Shown here: in pieces, positions 33,447 to 41,044 of the stretch
How the letters are laid out: every line of letters begins with the position of its first letter
How positions within the stretch are numbered: the first letter of the stretch is position 1
Source of the DNA: a virus
Taxonomy: Duplodnaviria > Heunggongvirae > Uroviricota > Caudoviricetes
Direction: 5' to 3' (one strand)
IMG/VR virus record: IMGVR_UViG_3300028603_000019
Coordinates: 131,877 to 195,876 of that record
Length of the DNA stretch: 64,000 nucleotides
Notes under the pieces: model-generated
What the model was told of the DNA's origin: nothing
The model's input: only the letters and a program-made list of their open reading frames with translations
The model's database searches: none
Program-made: the position numbers and the translations under genes

Positions 33447-33890
33447 ACTAGACTGCAACAAGAATTTGATCAGATCATTGATCAGCTGATGTTTCCCACG
33501 AGGATCGCCAAGACATTCTCGGACGCGAATAGCGGCTACCCCAAATACAATCTCATTCGTGTTTCCGAAGAGGAAACGGTGATTGAACTGGCAGTTGCTG
33601 GTTTCAAAGAGGATGAAATTGAGGTCAGTGTCGAGGAAAACACACTCAAGATCTCTGGACGCAAAGGCAACACCGATGTGGCAGATTATCTGTACAAGGG
33701 TATCGCCACACGTGCGTTTGAGAAATCCTTCGGGTTGACCAGGGACGCGAAGGTTACCAAGGCGGAATACACCGATGGTATCCTCTCTGTATTCGTGACT
33801 TATGAGATCCCAGAGGAGAAGAAACCCAAGGCTATTCCTATCGGGAAAGGCGATCGGTTGTATCTGACGGAACGATCTGACATCGTCTAA
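33444..33890 (+). CDS. hsp20: Small heat-shock protein (Hsp20/IbpA-like)
   Basis: YPKYNL, IELAVAGF, YLYKGIATRAFEKSF, DGIL. Confidence 0.95.
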   Translation: MTRLQQEFDQIIDQLMFPTRIAKTFSDANSGYPKYNLIRVSEEETVIELAVAGFKEDEIEVSVEENTLKISGRKGNTDVADYLYKGIATRAFEKSFGLTRDAKVTKAEYTDGILSVFVTYEIPEEKKPKAIPIGKGDRLYLTERSDIV

Positions 33891-34135
33891 TCTATTGCCG
33901 CAACCAATCTTCTTCAAGACTATTACCAAAATGCCGTTGCAACGACGGCATCTGCCTGTGGAGGGCTTGTAAGACCTGGATTGGAAGAAATATCTTCCAA
34001 TCCAGGCAAGGCATCTGTGAAGCAGGAATACGGAACTGATGGGTTCCAAGCTATCGAGGCTTTAGCCTGATGGTTATGTTGACTCTGAACAGACCAAAAT
34101 GAGGGGAGCGCCATCGATGGTGCTCCACTTTCTGA

Positions 34136-34164
34136 TTGACAAAGAAGATCGTGTAAGTTACTGT
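34136..34164 (+). promoter_or_regulatory. Sigma70-type promoter
   Basis: TTGACA-N17-TACTGT, preceded by CTCCACTTT as in the repeat-element promoters. Confidence 0.6.
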
Positions 34165-34191
34165 GAAATCTCAAGAAGAGGGAGTTTCACC

Positions 34192-34395
34192 TTGAAAACC
34201 TACTCAATCACCATGAGCATTTCCGTCAATCTCACGCTCGAAGCTGACTCCAAGAAACACGCTCGGTTGATCGCCCTTGGCTCCCTCGCTTCCCAATGTT
34301 CGGAATTTGACCGGAGAGTGGACACAGTGGATGACATCACGGACTATCTGTCTCCGCGAAAGAAAGCACCCCGACGCGGAATTGGGTCCTATTAA
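34192..34395 (+). CDS. Small hypothetical protein (TTG start)
   Basis: GGAG RBS then TTG AAA ACC; downstream of promoter 34136-34164. Confidence 0.55.
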   Translation: MKTYSITMSISVNLTLEADSKKHARLIALGSLASQCSEFDRRVDTVDDITDYLSPRKKAPRRGIGSY

Positions 34396-36188
34396 TCCTC
34401 AAGGACACTAACGTTGAATGACCAGGTCGAGGCGTCCCCCGGTGTTCCGTAAGTTCCGACCGATGTTCCGGGTCCACCAATATCTCCGCTCTTGACCGTA
34501 AAGGCTGCAATGAAGTCTTGGTAGTTTTGTGGAGTAGAAAGGCCCTCACCGACAAATACATCTGCATATGGTGTTACTTCTCCAAACTTGCCCAGCAGGA
34601 TGTTGTCATTCAGTATCACATCTGGAAAGTTTGCTGGTGGGTCTTCAGAGGATACGTTAGGAACACCTCCGTAGATATTATTCCTGATCACAATGTCAGA
34701 CTCACCTAGAATCCTACGACCGAATGACATACGTGGAGCAATAGATTCCGCATAAGAAGGTTCTTGTTCAGGATACGCTAGGACGTTGTATGCGAATATA
34801 CCGCCGTCTACACCTTCAATTGTCAGATGATGATTACCACCACCAGTAAGAACATTTCCAACTATAATAGGATCAACCATGATAGTTGTGCCCGCTGGAC
34901 CATCTTGGAATGAAGTCATGACCTGTGTGCTTGCGCGGAAGGATTGCCCTGTTACGAAGGCTACATTCATTATATGTTGAACACCACGAAGTATTTTATT
35001 TGTGTTGCCACCATACTGAACAAGGAGGTCGTTGTGGGACGTTCCATAACCAAGAGGATCATATGCAACATTATATCTGATGATTTTCGGTGTATCACTT
35101 TCTTCATTGACGTTTGTAGACATGACCTTGATACCATCTGTGAACATATAATACAATACATTACCTTCAATCAAGAAGCCATCGTCACCCGCAACAAAGA
35201 CTACAATACAATCGCTGACATCGTATATCTCGCAATTCCTGATTGTGCTATTAAAGGAAGATACACCGTGGCCAGATGCCGTTGTTCTAAAGCCAGCATA
35301 TGTGTTTATATGACCAGGGACAAGTTCATCAATGGGATAGTGTTTTCCGTGTATTTTCAAGTTTTCAAATACACAGTCTGAAACTCTGGCAGAAGGCCGG
35401 ATCAGACCGGCACCACTTGTTTCAGGAACATTATCATCAAAGATTTCCATATCTCTGAATATGATATTGCTGCACATATGTGGCCTAAGAGTTATTAGAG
35501 AAGTTTCATGATCTCCCTCACCACGAAGAATCATTGGTGCTGTGTAGTGAACACCATCTGGCCATCTATTTGGAAGATTCTCGTAACGGCCACGTCTCAG
35601 AACAACATCTACACCACCGTCAGGGTGACTGGCAGCAAATACAGCTTGGGCTTCTTGAATACTGGCAACAGAAGCATACTCAGACTCTTCGTCAACAGTA
35701 ATATCAACTGTGCCACCTGGATAGGCACAGCGTATCACCGCGCCATCTGGTGCCCCAATACCATCAAAGGTTAATCGGCCACCAATAATAGCAGGTGTGT
35801 AACCATCAAGAGACCCGGAAACAAGACTATGAACGGAAAGTAACGGAACAGGTTCCCCCGTATCATCGAGAGGTGCATACCCACCTGCGTTGCTATATGT
35901 CAAAGAACCGAAAGTTGCAGTTTGTGCCGATACATCTTCTTCCCAAGGTTCAGGTGGGGGAACATCGCCGACATACATTTCTTCAGTTCTGATTGTTCTT
36001 CCTCTACCATTTTCATCGAAGATAGTGATTTCACAGAAACAATATCCGTCGATCAAGACGCCAGAATCAAACTCATCTGATGTCTCGTTTTCAACAGGTT
36101 CGTTATTGAAGAACCATTGATACTCTGTGTCTTCAGAAACATAGTCTTCAGCGGGAAGTGGTGTATCAACTTTGAATGTCCAACTCAT
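34392..36188 (-). CDS. Tail-fibre/spike-like protein with Ig-like N-terminus and parallel beta-helix (pectin-lyase-like) domain
   Basis: YQWF..EPV Ig-like start; VVLRRGRY; repeated IRNCEIYD, IEGNVLYY, IVGNVL and IRNNIY rungs. Confidence 0.7.
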   Translation of the reverse strand: MSWTFKVDTPLPAEDYVSEDTEYQWFFNNEPVENETSDEFDSGVLIDGYCFCEITIFDENGRGRTIRTEEMYVGDVPPPEPWEEDVSAQTATFGSLTYSNAGGYAPLDDTGEPVPLLSVHSLVSGSLDGYTPAIIGGRLTFDGIGAPDGAVIRCAYPGGTVDITVDEESEYASVASIQEAQAVFAASHPDGGVDVVLRRGRYENLPNRWPDGVHYTAPMILRGEGDHETSLITLRPHMCSNIIFRDMEIFDDNVPETSGAGLIRPSARVSDCVFENLKIHGKHYPIDELVPGHINTYAGFRTTASGHGVSSFNSTIRNCEIYDVSDCIVVFVAGDDGFLIEGNVLYYMFTDGIKVMSTNVNEESDTPKIIRYNVAYDPLGYGTSHNDLLVQYGGNTNKILRGVQHIMNVAFVTGQSFRASTQVMTSFQDGPAGTTIMVDPIIVGNVLTGGGNHHLTIEGVDGGIFAYNVLAYPEQEPSYAESIAPRMSFGRRILGESDIVIRNNIYGGVPNVSSEDPPANFPDVILNDNILLGKFGEVTPYADVFVGEGLSTPQNYQDFIAAFTVKSGDIGGPGTSVGTYGTPGDASTWSFNVSVLED

Positions 36189-36190
36189 GG

Positions 36191-37210
36191 TTATGCCCTC
36201 ACAGCCAGAGTGATATATGCTTGATGGTAATCAGCACCCGACAGTTCTCCTGTAGTTGGACCTATTGATCCTGCTACCTCTTTAGTGCCAGATGCTACAA
36301 AGATTGAACCGTCAGAGATATTTGTTGGAAAGACTACTATAGTGGAAACATCATTCAAATCTTCATTTTCCAATAATTCGTCAACAAGGGTAACTGCATT
36401 TCCTCCGGTTGGTCCATATCTCAATGAACACATAGCTAGAATTAGACTGTTATCATATGGAACATCTCCACCTGTAATTTCAACTTCTACAGAAACTCCA
36501 CTTGCCTTTTGTCCTATACCCACAATGTCCCAAGGTTCATTTATACCAGAATCAGATATAACGATGATACCAGCGAAACGTTGCGTAGTTCCCACAACAG
36601 AAAAATTCGGGTTATCCTCACTCGAACCTTTAGCTCGTTTTACCCATACTGATAAGAATGGAAACGTCCCACTTCCAGTAGAAGCATTGCTGTCTGCCAC
36701 ATGTATCCAACCTTGATCTGATGGATTATCTTCAATCTCTGTATTACCTCTTCGATATGTAATTAGAACACCAACATCGCCCATTTCATGTGTAGGCCAC
36801 ACAGGAGTTATCGTTCCTGTTCCATTAACAAATGTTCCGACACTTCTAATTTCAGGTGGTTCTGCTCCTGGTATAACAGACACAGTAGGTGTGCCAGTCC
36901 AGATTGCTTCAGATACACGAGCTGTTATATCAAATAGACTTTCCGCAAATTGTCCGTAAGGGTCGGTAGCTCGAACAATGATTGAAAGAACACTATCGTC
37001 ATTTCCAACAGGTGTTCCTGATATGACACCAGATGAAGAAATAGTTGCACCCGACGGTAGAGGATCAGATTCAGGAGCGAGGCTAAATTCTAAATCAGTT
37101 CCTGTAAAATCTCCACTGACATCAACAGGTGTCATTGGTTCATTCAACCATATCTCAATATCAGGTAAATCTCCAATCGCCTCTGGCGGCTCAGGGGGGG
37201 GTACCACCAA
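36191..37210 (-). CDS. Virion protein with He_PIG/Ig-like domain
   Basis: PLPSGATISSSGVISGTP and IIVRATD. Confidence 0.7.
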   Translation of the reverse strand: MVVPPPEPPEAIGDLPDIEIWLNEPMTPVDVSGDFTGTDLEFSLAPESDPLPSGATISSSGVISGTPVGNDDSVLSIIVRATDPYGQFAESLFDITARVSEAIWTGTPTVSVIPGAEPPEIRSVGTFVNGTGTITPVWPTHEMGDVGVLITYRRGNTEIEDNPSDQGWIHVADSNASTGSGTFPFLSVWVKRAKGSSEDNPNFSVVGTTQRFAGIIVISDSGINEPWDIVGIGQKASGVSVEVEITGGDVPYDNSLILAMCSLRYGPTGGNAVTLVDELLENEDLNDVSTIVVFPTNISDGSIFVASGTKEVAGSIGPTTGELSGADYHQAYITLAVRA

Positions 37211-37985
37211 TTATGATTTGACCTTCATCCCCTATAGCATCAGGCAGTTCTGGAATCTCGGGTTCAGGAGATGATATGATTGTTATCTCACCTGGATTGT
37301 TGCTCTGGAGAACCCAACCCTCAGGTATTACCTCTGTTGGTGTTTCAGACTTTGTATCCGACCAGTCTCCTTCACCGATACTGTTGACAGCCCGAATCTG
37401 AACATCATACTCATCTTCATCTGTCAACCCAGTAATGGCAAAGCCACTTACCCCACCAGACGATACAGGGCTACCAGAGTCGAGCCGGTATTCAATGTCG
37501 GTAATTTCAGAACCACCGTCTGCTGGAAGCTGGTTGATAAGAACCGACAGAGACCCACCCGTCTCTGTGTCTTCGAGAACCCAATCTTCTGTAGTGAACG
37601 CATTTGGAACAGTGGCATCAGCGACAGGCTCAATCAACTGTGAACCAACACCGTCATGGAACCGATATTCAGTTCCATTGACCAAGTCCGTTATCGTGAA
37701 TGGTATTTCATCTTCAACCGAAAACCATGAATCTTCGTCAGGATCATCTTCAGATTCTTGCCAGAAAATCCTGCGAGTGTCTCCAATCGGAGCAATTACA
37801 CCCACTTCAGCGTCTCCGACTTCAAAGGTGACTGCAATCGCGCCGTCCTGTGGGATCGTGGCAATAGATGATCTTAACTGTCTGGCACCAGCACCCTCGG
37901 GAACATCCCCACCGACACTATCAATATCTTCCAGTGCACCCTTGATAATTCCATCAAGCTCTAGCAGTTTATCCGCAATCGTCAT
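37191..37985 (-). CDS. Fibronectin type III domain virion protein
   Basis: LPADGGSEITDIEY..GLTDEDEYDVQIRAVNSIGEG.WS. Confidence 0.8.
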   Translation of the reverse strand: MTIADKLLELDGIIKGALEDIDSVGGDVPEGAGARQLRSSIATIPQDGAIAVTFEVGDAEVGVIAPIGDTRRIFWQESEDDPDEDSWFSVEDEIPFTITDLVNGTEYRFHDGVGSQLIEPVADATVPNAFTTEDWVLEDTETGGSLSVLINQLPADGGSEITDIEYRLDSGSPVSSGGVSGFAITGLTDEDEYDVQIRAVNSIGEGDWSDTKSETPTEVIPEGWVLQSNNPGEITIISSPEPEIPELPDAIGDEGQIIIGGTPP

Positions 37986-38716
37986 CAGTCATTTTCTCCG
38001 AGGATTGCGTCAAGTGCATTTTCGATATCCCCAAGTGCTCCATGGAGATCGGCAACCGCCTCGATCAAGGTTTCCGATCCCTCGCCTCGCCAATCTCCAG
38101 ACGTGGCAGATACGTTTGCAAATGCAGTAACGTCTGCATTGTTCGCTATTCCCTGGAGCTTGGTGACAGCTGATGCCGGCATGAAACCAGCAGTCGAATC
38201 TGTCGCGGCATCATGACTATGAACAGCAGCCGCAAAATCACCAGTATCAGCCGCTGCGGCTGATCCAAGAGTCGGCCTATCGTCCAGGTCATTATAGCTG
38301 CCACTGGATGCAACGTCCGATAGGCCATCGATCATTGAGGCCAGTTCATCGATCCCTTCCTGGACATTTGTTGCCGCCATTTCGGAAGTGGTATTTGAAT
38401 ATGATAGAGAGGCCGCATTAGGATTTGCTGTTGCACCATCAGCGACATTGATCAATCCCCGGACATCAGACGCAGATAAATCTTCCGGATCTCCGGTGGA
38501 TGCAGAAGTCCTACCCTTTATGGTTCCGGATCCAACATTCGCGAGCTTGGCATTGGTCACCACATCATTCGCGATTGTGGTCGCGCCGTCTCCATCAGAA
38601 GTTACGTCACCGGAGTGATTAGGATGAGAATAGTTATTGGCATTTTCATCGACTGTACCAACTTTTGTGATGGCAGCATCGATGACTTCACCGGTATGAG
38701 TGGATTGATAGGTCAT
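37985..38716 (-). CDS. Tail-fibre-like protein
   Basis: YSHPNHSGDVTS, VTNAKLAN, VASSGSYNDL and HSHDAAT fibre repeats. Confidence 0.7.
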   Translation of the reverse strand: MTYQSTHTGEVIDAAITKVGTVDENANNYSHPNHSGDVTSDGDGATTIANDVVTNAKLANVGSGTIKGRTSASTGDPEDLSASDVRGLINVADGATANPNAASLSYSNTTSEMAATNVQEGIDELASMIDGLSDVASSGSYNDLDDRPTLGSAAAADTGDFAAAVHSHDAATDSTAGFMPASAVTKLQGIANNADVTAFANVSATSGDWRGEGSETLIEAVADLHGALGDIENALDAILGEND

Positions 38717-38736
38717 ATGAGTATTTATCTCCTGTG

Positions 38737-40302
38737 TTAGTCGTCCTCTGCCACTAGGAATTTCTGCCCCGAGGAAGTCAAGAATTCCTGACCTCCACTC
38801 GTGAAGAATTGATTTTCAAGGGGTGCCGTTGTTGGTGCTTCGGATTTCAGATCTGAACCTGGACCTTCACCCTCAGAATTGACCGCTCTCAATTCTACAT
38901 CATATTCAACATCATCTGTGAGACCGGTGATCTCAAAGGAAATTATTCCTCCAGAGGATACCCATGAACCTCCATCAACTCGATATTCCACATCCGTAAT
39001 TTCAGCACCATTAGGATTCGGTAACTGATGAATATTCACCAGCAGTTCGCCTCCCACCCCGGTATCGACGAGATCCCAGTCCCCCACATCAAATGTAGCA
39101 GGAACATCTACAAGTGTCGGAGTTTCCGACTTCGCACCACTCTGAGGACCTGAACCTACTGCGTTTACAGCACGTATCCGAATAATATATGAAGTTCCGT
39201 TGGTAAGACCATCTATATTGAAGGTTGATGTTCCACCAGACGAGATCCAGCTCCCCCCACTAACCTGATACTCAATATCCGATATAGTTGCCCCACCGGA
39301 ATCGGGCAATGACAGGATATTCACTGTCAATTGTCCACCAGCAAATGTGTCTTCAACATTCCAATCGAATGGGCCAAAGGCGCTAGGAACTGTGACCAAC
39401 GTGGGTGTCCCGTCCTTGACATCAGATATATCCGATACACCTTTGATATTTTCAGATCGAAGAACGACAGATACCTGAACTCCATTGGTCAATCCGGAAA
39501 TATCAAAACTTGAGACACCACCGGTAGATACCCACAGACCAGAATCGACCCTGTATTGAACGTCGGTGATCGGTGAACCGCCGTTGAATGGAAGCTGGTT
39601 AATAATTACGGAGAGGGTTCCACCTTCTTCAGTGTCATTGAGATCCCAGTCGCCTACAGCAAATGCCTCAGGAACCGTGATTAGTGTAGGTGTATCTTGT
39701 TTTGAAGATGATGGATCAGATTCTCCATACGCATTTACCGCTCTGATCCTGATTCCATACTCTTGATCATTAGTTAGACCGTCTATGAAGAAACTTGAAG
39801 TTCCACCGGAGGATATCCATGGGCCGCTTCCGACCTGGTATTCAATGTCCGTGATTGGAGAACCACCATCAAACGGAAGATCTGATATCAGGATCTGAAG
39901 CTGACCACCTTCTGTGGTATCCAGGATTGCCCATAGGTTATCAGAAAACGGACTAGGAGCGACCGCTGGCGCAGGGGCTACTGTTCGGGAACTAGAATAG
40001 AATATCCTGGAGTTATCCGCAGAATCTATCACTTGTTCACGGACACGCCAGATTTGGCCGGTCTCGGCGATGATATCATCCTGGTAGGATGTCCATTCCC
40101 CTGCACCGAGTCTCATTTGTCTAATAACCGTAGCAATCGAACCGGCCGATGAACTATATGAACCCCAGGTCACAACTTCATTCAGCAGTTCATCGTCGTG
40201 TATCAGATCTATGAACGGAGGAGAACCAGTTATGATGGCAGGAGTGGTCTCACCACCTCTACCATATCCACGGACTCTAAAGGATGAAGTTGAAAACGCC
40301 AA
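38737..40302 (-). CDS. Virion protein with four tandem FN3 domains
   Basis: Four repeats of LP..GG/NGxxITD/xIEY..SSGG...GLTN..Y...RAVN. Confidence 0.85.
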   Translation of the reverse strand: MAFSTSSFRVRGYGRGGETTPAIITGSPPFIDLIHDDELLNEVVTWGSYSSSAGSIATVIRQMRLGAGEWTSYQDDIIAETGQIWRVREQVIDSADNSRIFYSSSRTVAPAPAVAPSPFSDNLWAILDTTEGGQLQILISDLPFDGGSPITDIEYQVGSGPWISSGGTSSFFIDGLTNDQEYGIRIRAVNAYGESDPSSSKQDTPTLITVPEAFAVGDWDLNDTEEGGTLSVIINQLPFNGGSPITDVQYRVDSGLWVSTGGVSSFDISGLTNGVQVSVVLRSENIKGVSDISDVKDGTPTLVTVPSAFGPFDWNVEDTFAGGQLTVNILSLPDSGGATISDIEYQVSGGSWISSGGTSTFNIDGLTNGTSYIIRIRAVNAVGSGPQSGAKSETPTLVDVPATFDVGDWDLVDTGVGGELLVNIHQLPNPNGAEITDVEYRVDGGSWVSSGGIISFEITGLTDDVEYDVELRAVNSEGEGPGSDLKSEAPTTAPLENQFFTSGGQEFLTSSGQKFLVAEDD

Positions 40303-40316
40303 TGGTCAATGTCTCA

Positions 40317-40562
40317 CTAAGCTGGATTATCCGCTGTTACTGCTACATCACCTCGCCCTTTCACGTAAAGGGTCTCCCCGTCTTCGAGTTTTAGAGATGT
40401 TTGTTCATATACTCTAGCGAGGTGTCCCCTATTGAGGTCGGGCTCCGTTGAGTTGATTGCCCAGTGGAGACCATTGGACAATGGGTTGAATACCACGTAT
40501 CCCTCTCCCATGGCAATGGGTGTCCATTCTCCCTCAATGGGAATAATTTCAGTAATTGCCAT
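40317..40562 (-). CDS. Small hypothetical virion-module protein
   Basis: 81-aa ORF in the minus-strand operon. Confidence 0.65.
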   Translation of the reverse strand: MAITEIIPIEGEWTPIAMGEGYVVFNPLSNGLHWAINSTEPDLNRGHLARVYEQTSLKLEDGETLYVKGRGDVAVTADNPA

Positions 40563-40594
40563 TTAATATTTTCTCCATTGTCTCTTCATTTCAA

Positions 40595-41044
40595 TTATGT
40601 TTCAATTTGTACAGCAGAACGGAATATCTCATCCATTTGTTCATCGGTGATTCCCGTCGCCGTGATAATTGTCGCAATAAACGGACCAGATCGGTGAAAC
40701 TCAACGGCTTCTGCCCAAGTGAGTTTAGTCAAAGGGTCGGCCTGCTCGATGATCTGCTCGACTTGGGCGAGAAGACCCGCCGCCAGCAGTGCCGCTTTGG
40801 CCTGAAACCGGCTGCACACCATGGTTTTACGTTCTAGAGCCAGAAGATGTGTTACGTCTACCGGCACGTGTACCCATCTGTTATCTCGCCATTCGTAATC
40901 CGCTCCTGGTTTCAACGGTACTTCTACAGTTCCATCGGGGTAGGTATTACGAGTAGAATTACTGGGTTCGCTCGTCGTCTGCCAATAACCACGTGACGGG
41001 TGATAGAAGCCAAATTCTGTTTCCATTAGCGCAACTCCAGCCAT
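40595..41044 (-). CDS. Tail fibre assembly/chaperone-like protein
   Basis: Directly downstream of the fibre; RFQAKAALLAAGLL..WAEAVEFHR pattern. Confidence 0.65.
   Translation of the reverse strand: MAGVALMETEFGFYHPSRGYWQTTSEPSNSTRNTYPDGTVEVPLKPGADYEWRDNRWVHVPVDVTHLLALERKTMVCSRFQAKAALLAAGLLAQVEQIIEQADPLTKLTWAEAVEFHRSGPFIATIITATGITDEQMDEIFRSAVQIET

Noticed and set aside
33438-34049. 203-aa minus-strand ORF antisense to hsp20, and other long antisense ORFs (e.g. 8660..9400, 10612..11256, 37435..38130)
   Set aside because: They are shadow frames of well-supported genes, with no RBS or motifs.
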